Part shown: one piece after another, positions 1-9,255 of the stretch
Position numbering within the stretch: position 1 is the first letter of the stretch
Layout: every line of letters begins with the position of its first letter
Assembly: GCA_029856155.1 (NCBI GenBank)
Contig: JAHQWL010000061.1
Span: 1 to 30,815 of the forward strand
Length of the DNA: 30,815 bases
From: Promethearchaeia archaeon
Lineage (GTDB): Archaea > Asgardarchaeota > Lokiarchaeia > Sigyniarchaeales > SOKP01
Direction of reading: 5' to 3'
Made by a program: the position numbers and the translations under genes
The notes under the pieces: generated by a model
Database searches by the model: none
What the model was told of the DNA's origin: nothing
The model's input: the letters and a program-made list of their open reading frames with translations, nothing else

Positions 1-643
1 ATAAATCATCAATAATTTTATTCAAATTCGAAATTGAATTTTGGATATCGGAGTTCTTTTTAAGCGAATCCTTCCTTAAACTGATCTCTCTACTGATTGT
101 CTTCAACTCTTTTGACATCTCTTCTAAAGATTCAAATATATATCGGTCATTTAATAACAAAGTTATTTTCTCTTCTTCTGATTTTCTTCTTGTATCTCCC
201 ATTACTTCCCAATATAAATCCTGTACCCAATCTTTGATTAAGGAATCGTTTTTTATTATACTCTGTTTATCAATATCATCATAATTGTCTAAATCATTTA
301 TATGGAATCCAGTAAAAATCTCTTCATTCGATTGCAACTTTTTTGAAAATTTTTTACATAATATAGAAATGGTCTCTTCAATTTCAGGTGAAATTTGCTG
401 ATTAATAATTATTGAGACCATTACCATTTCCGTCTTACCACGAGCCCAATCAGAGGCGATTTGAAAATAATAGTTCAATAACTTTAAATTTTCGAAAGAT
501 TGACTCAAAAATTCTTCCTTGTTCGGTTGATCCATTATATCATATATTCTATCTAATACTTCTCTATCCAACTGAGTTTTTGGAAAAGAATAAAAGATTA
601 AAGGTCCGATTTTAGTATGAAAATATGATAATATAACGATCAT
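1..643 (-). CDS. Longin/uDENN-like domain protein with a coiled-coil region; partial, runs off the left edge of the window
   Basis: Not in the ORF track. My translation from ATG at 643 is open to base 1: MIVILSYFHTKIGPLIFYSFPKTQLDREVLDRIYDIMDQ...NYYFQIASDWARGKTEMVMVSIII...ESLEEMSKELKTISREISLRKDSLKKNSDIQNSISNLNKIIDDL. The FHxxxGPxxxYxxP start and the FxIxxxxARG motif are typical of uDENN/longin domains (NPRL2, folliculin, SMCR8 type). Confidence 0.75.
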   Translation of the reverse strand, partial: MIVILSYFHTKIGPLIFYSFPKTQLDREVLDRIYDIMDQPNKEEFLSQSFENLKLLNYYFQIASDWARGKTEMVMVSIIINQQISPEIEETISILCKKFSKKLQSNEEIFTGFHINDLDNYDDIDKQSIIKNDSLIKDWVQDLYWEVMGDTRRKSEEEKITLLLNDRYIFESLEEMSKELKTISREISLRKDSLKKNSDIQNSISNLNKIIDDL

Positions 644-883
644 TCCTATCTACCCCCAATATTCTTCTTTTCTAAGATGTAATAAGAAATTCCCACCATA
701 TAAATTTCACATTTTTAGATTATACATCTAATATTAATTAGAAAATTAACTATAAATCTATTTAGCTTATCAGTTAATTATAAAAATTCTAAGATTATGT
801 TATAAAAGGCACCCTCCTCTAAATCCCTGGGTTTTTTTAATCCATTTCTCATAAAATGATTTTGTCTATTTCCTTTAGTACTA

Positions 884-1106
884 TTTTCTTTTTAAAGAGT
901 TAGGTATAATTTTACCCAATAATGAATTTAGAAAAGTAAAATGCCTCTATAACCAAAATAGATGAGTGGTAAGTGGATTGCTTAAGATAAGTACTTAAAC
1001 AATTTTTTCCACTCACTCCATCCTGTTGTTAAGATGATATAAAAATGAGACTACAGGATATTTAGATTTGTTTTCTTTTTAAAGAGATAGGTATAATTTT
1101 CCCCAA
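884..1106. repeat. Pair of 36-bp direct repeats (884-919 and 1071-1106) enclosing a stem-loop
   Basis: ttttctttttaaagagttaggtataattttacccaa vs ttttctttttaaagagataggtataattttccccaa, 34/36 identical, in the intergenic region between divergent genes. Confidence 0.85.
961..1022. other. Imperfect ~60-nt hairpin
   Basis: GATGAGTG(GTA)AGTGGA pairs with TCCACTCACTCCATC; inner stem TTGCTTAAG pairs with CTTAAACAA (one mismatch) around the loop ATAAGTA. Confidence 0.55.
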
Positions 1107-1265
1107 ATCTAGCATGAAATATAGATATTATTTTCCTTTCTTCTGTAACTTGGTATTAATCAATAGACTTACAAAAAAGTTCAAAATAAAAAAGACATAA
1201 ATAAAATACTAAACAGATTATTACTTAACTTCTAAAGAATATAATATAAAAAGAGTTGAAATCTA

Positions 1266-4200
1266 ATGAATTTAAGAAAAAAATATATAAGAACAGAATT
1301 TGCTATAATTTTCTTCACTTTTTTCATTTTAACTAGCACTAGTGTTCTAAACAATAATACTGTTAATATCATAGTTAATAATGGTGGTAGGAACTTGCAT
1401 CAAGCTACATTTTGGGATCTAACAGAAACACCAATCTATATTTTAGGAAATGGAGAATGGGCAGCAACCGCATTAGCAGAACCATGGTGTAGAGGCTCAG
1501 GTACATGGAATGATCCTTATATTATTGAGAATGTAACAATAAATGGATTAAATTCCAGCAGCTGTATAGAAATCTCTAGTAGTAATGTATTTTTCATTAT
1601 AAGGAATTGTACTGTTTTTAACTCTAGTGACACCACTAATGCGGCGGGAATAAGCTTAAATTTTGTAAATAATGGGATCTTAAGCCAGAATAATTGCTCT
1701 TTTAACAATAGGAATGGCATTACACTTCTAAGTAGTGATAATAACACAATCATTCAAAATACTGCAAATAATAATGGTGATTTTGGAATTAGGCTTTATC
1801 TAGCAGATAACAATTTTATTATCGATAATGAGATTAAATATAATTTGAATAATGGAATTACTCTTGATTCAAGTGATGATAATGTGATTTCCCAAAATAA
1901 AGCATTTAATAATGTAAATGGCATAAGACTTTCTTTTAGCAATTATAATAATATGACATTAAACCACTGCGATAAAAACAGTCAAGCTGGAATAAATCTT
2001 TATTCATATTCCATGTTTAATAATATATTTGAGAATTCTCTAGCTAATAACACTGAAAATGGAGTTTACTTATTTTTTAATAGTAATTTGAATTCAATTT
2101 TCGAGAATAATATTACTGAGAACAAAGACAATGGTATATATCTCTATAATAGTGGCAATACTACAATTACGAAAAATTTGATTATGAATAATAAAGATGG
2201 GATGCATTTTATCAATTCTAATTATACTGAAATAAGAGAAAACAAAATAATCAATAATTCTGATCACGGAGTGCAGTGTACAGGATGTTATAATAATGAA
2301 TTTAGTGAAAATTTTCTAGATGGTAATTTAAGGGGAATCGAAATAAGTATTGGTCAGGGTAACGAGTTATCAGGAAATTCTTTTATCAATATAATTGAAG
2401 ATGCTATAAGAATATCAAATTCCGCTCATAACAACTTTATGAAAGAAAATAATTTTGAAAATTGCGATACAGGTATAGCTATTGTTAACAGCAATATGAA
2501 TGAGGTCATTGAAAATATCTTAATTAATAATATGGATGGAATATGGTTAGCCGTTGCAGATAATAGTAAGATTTTTAGTAATACAATTTACAATAATAGT
2601 CAGGATGGACTTTATCTCGGTGATGATTGCGATAGTAATATTATTTCTGATAATCTTATCCAAAATAATAGTGGCAACGGAATAATTATATTTCAGCCAA
2701 AGTGTGATGAGAACCTATTTTATAAGAATTATCTGATAAATAATAGCATAAATGCATTTGATGGAGGCACGAATAACTACTGGAATAATTCCCTCATAGG
2801 AAATTACTGGGATAATTATACTGGATCTGATTCTAATAATGACGGAATAGGAGATACTGCCCATGATGTTCTCCCTCTTGGAGGAAGTCAAGATTTTCTT
2901 CCTATATTCGGTGATCCATTACATGACGGGAGTCCAATTATCATTGATGATTCAGGAGTAGAAGGAATTACTTGGCAGCAAGCCTCAACAAAAGCATGGT
3001 GTAATGGCTCTGGTACTCTTAATCATCCTTACATTATAGAAGATCTTATAATAAACGGTGAAAATTCAACTTCTTGTATTGAAATCAAAAATTCAAACGC
3101 ATATTTCATTATTGAAGATTGTCTTTTCATAAATGCTAGTGACGCCTATTCTGAAGCAGGTATAAAGTTAAGCCATGTTAATTATGGGCAGATTCTAAGA
3201 AATAACTGTTCACTCAACAATTTTGCCGGTATAGTCTTAGACTATAGTAACAATAATACAATTATTGGAAATACTGCCTTTAATAATTTAATATATGGTA
3301 TTGTTGTAATACGTTCAGAGAATAATACTTTAATAGAGAATACAGCAAAATTTAATGAAGAAGGGATTGAGTTATGGGTTAGTCCATTTAATGAAATCAA
3401 GAAAAACATTGGAAATAATAATACTAATTATGGTATAAGCTTAGGAGCTAGTAGCAATGAAAATAAAATTATAAATAATGTCTTTGAAAGTAATAATCTT
3501 GGAATTGCAATACAATCGAGTCATAAAATTAACATTTTCTCCAATAATGTATCATTTAATTCTGGTTCTGGAATATTTTTACGCGATGGTTCCAATAGCA
3601 CGATTCTCGATAATATCTTAAGAAAAAGTGGAACTGGTATTTACATGGATTCTTTCAGTAATAACAACAATATTACTAATAATCTTGTCGTAGAAAATGC
3701 TGACGGTATTAAAATTTTAGACGGTATTGGAAATTCAATCATTACAAATTTGATCTTATCTCAGGGTTCTGCGGGGATAAGATTATATAACGCAAATGAA
3801 ACTGATATAATGCATTCAAGCATTGATGGGAATTATTATGGTATCTTTTGCTCATCAACTTCCCATAATACAACAATTAGAAACAATACTATTACAAATA
3901 ATGCCCGGGGAATCTTTATTGATGTAGAAAGTTCATTCAATGATATATTTAATAACACTTTTGAATCTAATACTTTATATAATGCTAGAGATGATGGATC
4001 TAACAATAATTGGAATAGCACTTCAATGGGTAATTATTGGGATGATTACACCGGTTCTGATTTGAATGATGATGGATTTGGAGATGATCCCTATCATATT
4101 ACTGGTTCAGCAGGAAGTCAAGATTATTTGCCTATTTGGGATGATGGGGAAAGTATCATGCCTAATATAACAATAATTTCGCCAAAAAACAATGAAATAT

Positions 4201-4841
4201 TTGAGGAAGATGCCCCCTCATTTAACGTTATTATCCGAGATCCTAATTTGGATATGATGTGGTATACCCTTGATGGTGGATTGACAAATACTACTTTTTT
4301 TGACAATGGAACTATAGATCAAGGATTATGGGATGATTTTGGAATTGGTGAAATTATTATTAGATTCTATGCCAATGACACCATTGGTAATATTGGATTT
4401 GCAGAAGTGATCATTATTAAAGACATAGAAGCACCAAATATTATAATACATAATCCTACTGATAATCAAGAGTTTGGAGCTACAGCACCACAGTTTAACA
4501 AATCTATTACTGAGCAAAACTTAGATACAATATGGTATACGATTAATGGAACAACGAAATATATTATAACATCAACCTCAGGGACCATTGATCAGGTCGT
4601 TTGGGATTCATTTGAAAATGGAATAATAATAATCACATTCTATGCAAATGATACTCTTGGAAATGTTTCGTCTGAAGAAGTATCAGTAATCAAGGAAGTT
4701 ACACAAGGTCCTACTGGTCCTGATATGGTTTTAATAATAGTAATTGTTTCAATCGTGAGCGGAGTTGGCATTGCATTAGTCATTTTATTTCTAATAATGA
4801 AAAAACGAAAATTATCTGCAGAAGGATTGGATTCACAATAA
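1266..4841 (+). CDS. Large cell-surface glycoprotein: two tandem NosD/CASH right-handed beta-helix modules, two Ig-like domains and a C-terminal TM anchor
   Basis: N-terminal basic and hydrophobic signal/anchor. Module cap WCxGSGTxxxPYIIE occurs twice; many NNxxxNNxxGIxL parallel beta-helix repeats. Each module ends GNYWDxYTGSDxNxDGxGD (NosD-type end with a DxNxDG motif). Two PxIxIxxP...WYT...FYANDTxGN Ig-like repeats, then TM MVLIIVIVSIVSGVGIALVILFLIM followed by KKRK. Abundant NxS/T sequons. Confidence 0.85.
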   Translation: MNLRKKYIRTEFAIIFFTFFILTSTSVLNNNTVNIIVNNGGRNLHQATFWDLTETPIYILGNGEWAATALAEPWCRGSGTWNDPYIIENVTINGLNSSSCIEISSSNVFFIIRNCTVFNSSDTTNAAGISLNFVNNGILSQNNCSFNNRNGITLLSSDNNTIIQNTANNNGDFGIRLYLADNNFIIDNEIKYNLNNGITLDSSDDNVISQNKAFNNVNGIRLSFSNYNNMTLNHCDKNSQAGINLYSYSMFNNIFENSLANNTENGVYLFFNSNLNSIFENNITENKDNGIYLYNSGNTTITKNLIMNNKDGMHFINSNYTEIRENKIINNSDHGVQCTGCYNNEFSENFLDGNLRGIEISIGQGNELSGNSFINIIEDAIRISNSAHNNFMKENNFENCDTGIAIVNSNMNEVIENILINNMDGIWLAVADNSKIFSNTIYNNSQDGLYLGDDCDSNIISDNLIQNNSGNGIIIFQPKCDENLFYKNYLINNSINAFDGGTNNYWNNSLIGNYWDNYTGSDSNNDGIGDTAHDVLPLGGSQDFLPIFGDPLHDGSPIIIDDSGVEGITWQQASTKAWCNGSGTLNHPYIIEDLIINGENSTSCIEIKNSNAYFIIEDCLFINASDAYSEAGIKLSHVNYGQILRNNCSLNNFAGIVLDYSNNNTIIGNTAFNNLIYGIVVIRSENNTLIENTAKFNEEGIELWVSPFNEIKKNIGNNNTNYGISLGASSNENKIINNVFESNNLGIAIQSSHKINIFSNNVSFNSGSGIFLRDGSNSTILDNILRKSGTGIYMDSFSNNNNITNNLVVENADGIKILDGIGNSIITNLILSQGSAGIRLYNANETDIMHSSIDGNYYGIFCSSTSHNTTIRNNTITNNARGIFIDVESSFNDIFNNTFESNTLYNARDDGSNNNWNSTSMGNYWDDYTGSDLNDDGFGDDPYHITGSAGSQDYLPIWDDGESIMPNITIISPKNNEIFEEDAPSFNVIIRDPNLDMMWYTLDGGLTNTTFFDNGTIDQGLWDDFGIGEIIIRFYANDTIGNIGFAEVIIIKDIEAPNIIIHNPTDNQEFGATAPQFNKSITEQNLDTIWYTINGTTKYIITSTSGTIDQVVWDSFENGIIIITFYANDTLGNVSSEEVSVIKEVTQGPTGPDMVLIIVIVSIVSGVGIALVILFLIMKKRKLSAEGLDSQ

Positions 4842-4856
4842 TTAAAAAACATTACT

Positions 4857-4872
4857 ATCTTTTTTTCTTTTT
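4857..4872 (+). terminator. T-rich archaeal-type terminator candidate
   Basis: Run of Ts (atcttttttttcttttt) just after the stop at 4841. Confidence 0.35.
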
Positions 4873-5024
4873 AAAAACTAAACACCACTTGAAATTTTAT
4901 AGTATGATCGTGTTATAATTCTTTTAATTTGAAATGAAATAGGGATAGTTCCTTGAAATGATATATAATTATATTATAAAAAAAGATCTTTTATTATATA
5001 TAATGCAATATATGCGTGATCCAT

Positions 5025-5858
5025 ATGAATCATTTAGAGGGAACTTTTAAAGGAGTAAAAGGTTTAAAAATTTACTACAAATGTTGGATTCCAGAATCTC
5101 CTAAAGCGGTAATCCAACTTGTACATGGGGGATTTGAACATTCTGGAAGGTATCGAAATGTTGTAAATAAATTAATTCCAGAATCTTATGCAATTTATGC
5201 TAACGATCATCGTGGACATGGAAAATCTGAAGGAATAAGGAATTATGTGGATTCTTTTGACCAGTTTATTGACGATGAAAAAATATTCTACGATATAATA
5301 AGAGAACAACATCCCAATTTACCTATATTCATGTTAGGCCATTCTTTAGGTTCATTTATTGCTATTTATTTTACTAAAAAATACGAGCATCTTTTAAAAG
5401 GTCTCATTCTTTCGGGAGTAGGTACAAACCCTGGTAAAGAAACTGTCGGATTTTTAAAATTCTTAGCTCGAATTTTCTCAAAAATTGCACCTAAAATGAA
5501 ATTTAACCCTAGAATTGATGCAAAATTTTTATCCCATGATCCAGAAGTAGTGAAAAATTACAAAAACGACCCATTCGTTAATGCTGAAAAAATCTCTGCA
5601 AGGTTAGCTTATGAGATGGTAAAGAATTTTAATAATCTTAAAAGAGTTATTGGTGATTTTAAAATTAGTTTGTTAGTTCAGTGTGGCTCAGATGATAAAC
5701 TAATGAAAGGAGCTGAAGAACTTAATAATTGGCTTACCATGGATGACAAAACCATTAAAATCTATGATGGATTATATCATGAGGTATATAATGAAACTGA
5801 AAAAGATAGAAGAATAGTATTAAATGATCTTAATGATTGGTTACATAATCACGTTTAA
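5025..5858 (+). CDS. Alpha/beta hydrolase, monoacylglycerol lipase/lysophospholipase (PldB-like)
   Basis: VHGGFEHSGRY, DHRGHGKS, nucleophile GHSLG, acid GSDD, and YHEVYNE His motif. ATG 5025 is preferred over GTG 5016, which sits within the SD-like GTGATC. Confidence 0.9.
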   Translation: MNHLEGTFKGVKGLKIYYKCWIPESPKAVIQLVHGGFEHSGRYRNVVNKLIPESYAIYANDHRGHGKSEGIRNYVDSFDQFIDDEKIFYDIIREQHPNLPIFMLGHSLGSFIAIYFTKKYEHLLKGLILSGVGTNPGKETVGFLKFLARIFSKIAPKMKFNPRIDAKFLSHDPEVVKNYKNDPFVNAEKISARLAYEMVKNFNNLKRVIGDFKISLLVQCGSDDKLMKGAEELNNWLTMDDKTIKIYDGLYHEVYNETEKDRRIVLNDLNDWLHNHV

Positions 5859-6010
5859 ATTATTACCATTCTCGTTTAAAAACAAAAATTAAGTTATTAT
5901 AAGAAATTACTGTTAACTCCTAAGTGCTAATGTTTATATAAATGGAAAGTTGATCATTTGGATGTAGAAAATAGATTAATTTAATCGATTTCTATAAAAA
6001 GTGATCAAAT

Positions 6011-6532
6011 CTGAGTCAAATTATTGTTTTTTTCATTTTAGGAGGTATTATTTTTGTTATATGTTTTGGAATCATTTATTGGATTATTTTAAAAGTTCTG
6101 AATTTTTATAAACGAAGATTTCTCCCTCAAAGAGCAACTAATTTTAAATGCCTTGACGGACACATTGTAAAATCAAAAGGAGAATTAGTAATTGATAATC
6201 ATCTATACCGCCTTGGACTTGAACATGAATATGAAAATACAATAAGAATCCGAGGTAATTCAATCAAGTACGATTGGTATCTGCCAGAATATGATGTTTA
6301 TATAGAATATTGGGGTTATTTTGGAAAAAATTATATGAAAAGGAAAGAGGAAAAGCTTAAATTATATCAGAAAGGAAAGCTAAAGTTATTATCAATTGAA
6401 GATATAATGCTTAAAGATATTTATTCTAATCTAGAAAACAATTTAGCCAAATATACTAACTATGATAAAAATTTTAACACTAAAAGGCATTGTCCTAGCT
6501 GTGGAATGGAATTGGATGATCGATTTTTATAA
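6011..6532 (+). CDS. Membrane-anchored PD-(D/E)XK-like nuclease domain protein (resembles the domain of helicase IV/HelD-type proteins) with a C-terminal CxxC
   Basis: The ORF track gives only 6335-6532, but the frame is open from 6005: LSQIIVFFILGGIIFVICFGIIYWIILKVL (TM)...CLDGHIVKSKGELVIDNHLYRLGLEHEYE...KYDWYLPEYDVYIEYWG...YMKRKEEKLKLY...CPSCG. There is no ATG/GTG/TTG before 6335; CTG at 6011 follows the SD-like GTGATC. Confidence 0.75.
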   Translation: MSQIIVFFILGGIIFVICFGIIYWIILKVLNFYKRRFLPQRATNFKCLDGHIVKSKGELVIDNHLYRLGLEHEYENTIRIRGNSIKYDWYLPEYDVYIEYWGYFGKNYMKRKEEKLKLYQKGKLKLLSIEDIMLKDIYSNLENNLAKYTNYDKNFNTKRHCPSCGMELDDRFL

Positions 6533-6600
6533 ATTTTTAAATAGAATCAATATTGAAGTGTAATAAAAAATATAACAGTTCCTAATATTTATTTAGTAAT

Positions 6601-7290
6601 ATGCCTTTAACACCATATCACTTTGGACCTGGTTTATTTATAGGGCTATTATTTCTTAGCTTTATCGATTTCCCCACTTTTCTTATAGCAAGTGTAATAG
6701 TTGACATTGAACCTTTTCTTGTTTTACTTTTTAATTTAAATTATCCTCTCCATGGTTTTTTCCATAGCTTTTTGGGGGGTACAATAATTGCTCTTATCCT
6801 TACAGTGATAATGACTAAAATCAGAGAATTTTTCACTCCTCTTATGAGATTTTTCAAAATTGAACAAGAAATCTCTTTTAAAAAAATTTTATTCGCCTCT
6901 CTCCTTGGAATTAATATTCATATTTTACTCGATTCTCCTATATACACGGATATTAGACCATTTTTTCCCCTTGATTTTAATCCTTTCTACAGGATTACTA
7001 GTTTAGCTGGATCATTAGAAACAATGATCTGTGTTTGGTGTTTCTTAGCAGCTCTAATTATCTATATAATACGATTAATAATATATACGATAACGAATCG
7101 AAGAAAAAATCATAGTTCTGATGAAAATAATAACCTCCTCCAGAACCAACTTTCTCTCAAGTGTAAGTCGCCTTTTTCACCTAAAACATTTATAAATGGC
7201 TTTTTCAATCTTCTCTGCAGCGTTGCGTGGATTTTCAGCATGTGTAATCCCTCCTCCTACAATAATAATATCCAACGGAAAAGCCGATAA
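6601..7290 (+). CDS. Membrane-bound putative metal-dependent hydrolase (DUF4184/YdjM-like)
   Basis: MPLTPYHFGPG, DIEP, HGFFHSFLGG and HILLDS motifs with multiple TM helices. The C-terminal tail overlaps the convergent HPS gene by 114 nt. Confidence 0.75.
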   Translation: MPLTPYHFGPGLFIGLLFLSFIDFPTFLIASVIVDIEPFLVLLFNLNYPLHGFFHSFLGGTIIALILTVIMTKIREFFTPLMRFFKIEQEISFKKILFASLLGINIHILLDSPIYTDIRPFFPLDFNPFYRITSLAGSLETMICVWCFLAALIIYIIRLIIYTITNRRKNHSSDENNNLLQNQLSLKCKSPFSPKTFINGFFNLLCSVAWIFSMCNPSSYNNNIQRKSR

Positions 7291-7872
7291 TTTAGGAATA
7301 TCAGTGACTCTTATACCACCCGCTATTGCTAATCGTGGATGGTCTCGTAGCCGTGCTACGGATTCTAACTCAAACAAAGGCGCTCGTCGTGAAGCTTGGC
7401 GATCTAAGCCGCTATGCACGAGTGCATAATGTAATCTTATGTTTTTATATTTAAGGTCTATAAGGCCGGCTAATGTGATAGCAGGTGATCGAGACATGAT
7501 AAAATCTGCCATAATTTCTACGTGAAAATCATATGCGGCACGTAAAGCCTCTTTAATGGTAACATCATAAGCATCTGCTAGTATTGTGACAATATCAGCT
7601 TTCGCTTTAGCTGCCATTTGTACTTCAAGGTATCCAGCATCTGCAGTCTTTAAATCCGCACATACCAGTTTGTCTGGGTGAGCATCCTTTAACACTTGGA
7701 TAGCACGTATTCCTTCGGATTTTATTAAAGGAGTTCCAACTTCCAAAATATCTACAAATGGAGCCACTTGTTCCGATATCACCAATGCATCATCCAGTTT
7801 TTCAAAATCCAAGGCTACTTGTAATCGCGGATTTTGTTTTTCTTTCTTACTTTTCTTTGACACATCCATCAC
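7177..7872 (-). CDS. hxlA: 3-hexulose-6-phosphate synthase (OMP decarboxylase/HUMPS family)
   Basis: LQVALD, ILEVGTPLI, DLKTADAG (DxKxxD), HSGLDRQ, AIAGGI and IIIVGGGIT motifs. Confidence 0.8.
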   Translation of the reverse strand: MMDVSKKSKKEKQNPRLQVALDFEKLDDALVISEQVAPFVDILEVGTPLIKSEGIRAIQVLKDAHPDKLVCADLKTADAGYLEVQMAAKAKADIVTILADAYDVTIKEALRAAYDFHVEIMADFIMSRSPAITLAGLIDLKYKNIRLHYALVHSGLDRQASRRAPLFELESVARLRDHPRLAIAGGIRVTDIPKLSAFPLDIIIVGGGITHAENPRNAAEKIEKAIYKCFR

Positions 7873-8008
7873 TACTTATAATCACTATACACTTATTTTT
7901 TATATTTCAAATTAAAAAACATTATCCTAAATATTGATTAGTATTTGACGAAAGATTTTGAATTTATCCGCTTTTATAAGATCAGTATTAATATTCAACA
8001 TTATACCG

Positions 8009-9004
8009 TTATCTCTTCAAAGCAGAATTGATAGCGTAGCCTAAAATTCTACCTTTTATCGAAAAAAATTCATTGTAAAGTTTAAAAAGTTCTGAATCAA
8101 ACGAGGGATTGGCATTTAAATCAAGTAAGAAAAAATTAGAATCATCATCGAGCAACCAGTCAAATCTTACATAATCCATGCAATTGGTAATTATTTTTAA
8201 ATTACATAGTTTATCCTCGATTTTTTTTAATAAACTTGAATTTTGAACATCAGGTCTCTTATAGAACTCATCAACAGAAAGTGGGCTGTAATTTTTTTGA
8301 TCGAAGTCATAGAAATTTTTTGGAGTTACTTGTATCGTAAATGCTTTAACATCATTACACACATCATTCCCGATAATTAATGTTGTATATTCCCGTGCAT
8401 TTTTAACAAACTCTTGAATAAGGATAACCTCTTTTTGGCCTAAAATCTTCTCTATGTATTCAATTCTATCTATAACTTCTTTAAAGGAATTACAAATACT
8501 ATTTTCATCAAGGAGTAAAGAATCTCCCGAAATACCCATTTTCACAATAACTGGGAATCTTAATGTATTAACCTTTTCTTCTAAAAATCTTAAATCAATC
8601 CCCTGATAATACATCACTGTATTTGGATAATTGATTCCCAAATAATCGAATACATATAACATGAGATCTTTTCGTTCGAAAAATTCAACATTATTAGCTT
8701 GTCGACCTGTGTATTTTATCCCCAAAAAATTGAATATTTCAATAAAAAACGCATTTTTAGAGAAATCATTTTCATATCCATTATCTGCTAAATTAACGAC
8801 TAAGTCGATTTGGTCCTTATTCTGGAAAAAGTAATCGATGCTTTTGTTGTGACCATCTAACATTAAAATATTATATCTATCCTTTAACAAATCTAATTCT
8901 TTTTGAAAATCCTTAAAATCAGTATAGCCATCTATAGGTAATTTAAAATCATAAATTTTAACATCATTTATCTTGTCATAAAAAAGAACTACAATATTTT
9001 TCAT
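8009..9004 (-). CDS. ATP-grasp ligase, D-Ala-D-Ala-ligase-like
   Basis: DLVVNL, LGIKYTG, FPVIVK, LIQEFV..REYT, YDFDQK, DYVRFDW and LLDLNANP follow the Ddl-family motif order. Confidence 0.75.
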   Translation of the reverse strand: MKNIVVLFYDKINDVKIYDFKLPIDGYTDFKDFQKELDLLKDRYNILMLDGHNKSIDYFFQNKDQIDLVVNLADNGYENDFSKNAFFIEIFNFLGIKYTGRQANNVEFFERKDLMLYVFDYLGINYPNTVMYYQGIDLRFLEEKVNTLRFPVIVKMGISGDSLLLDENSICNSFKEVIDRIEYIEKILGQKEVILIQEFVKNAREYTTLIIGNDVCNDVKAFTIQVTPKNFYDFDQKNYSPLSVDEFYKRPDVQNSSLLKKIEDKLCNLKIITNCMDYVRFDWLLDDDSNFFLLDLNANPSFDSELFKLYNEFFSIKGRILGYAINSALKR

Positions 9005-9255
9005 TTATTTAATTCAACTTACTTCTCTAAGCAAAATAAATTTTAACTTTATTTATTCTTAAATTCTTATTTGATTTAAAATATCTTTTAATCATAGACT
9101 GATAAGAACTATATTAAATTCAACTAATTTTAAAGCATGAATAATAAGCGTCGTTTCAGACCCTTATTTAAAGGTTAAGAGAAAAATCTCCAAAATTTTA
9201 AATATCTTTAGTCTTATAATTGGATTAAATTTAATAATTAAGTAGTTGAGATTTT

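Noticed and set aside
412-615. Plus-strand 67-aa ORF
   Set aside because: Antisense shadow of the longin/uDENN gene.
961-1022. SECIS-like element (starts with ATGA)
   Set aside because: AA/GA spacing does not fit, and there is no adjacent gene with a credible in-frame UGA.
884-1106. CRISPR mini-array interpretation of the 36-bp repeats
   Set aside because: Only two copies, a 151-nt gap far longer than a spacer, and no cas genes.
1266-4841. True nosD of nitrous-oxide reduction
   Set aside because: Only the beta-helix fold is shared; there are no nos genes, and the architecture is that of a surface glycoprotein.
1517-4852. Short minus-strand ORFs inside the large surface-protein gene
   Set aside because: Antisense shadows with no motifs. 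The same applies to the short ORFs nested in HPS, the RNase HII-like gene, GapN, the phosphoesterase, the 17.1-kb membrane gene, the TIR receptor, TPR, DDN, crotonase and SDR.
8009-9004. Genuine ddl for peptidoglycan synthesis
   Set aside because: Divergent active-site motifs, no mur genes and an archaeal context.
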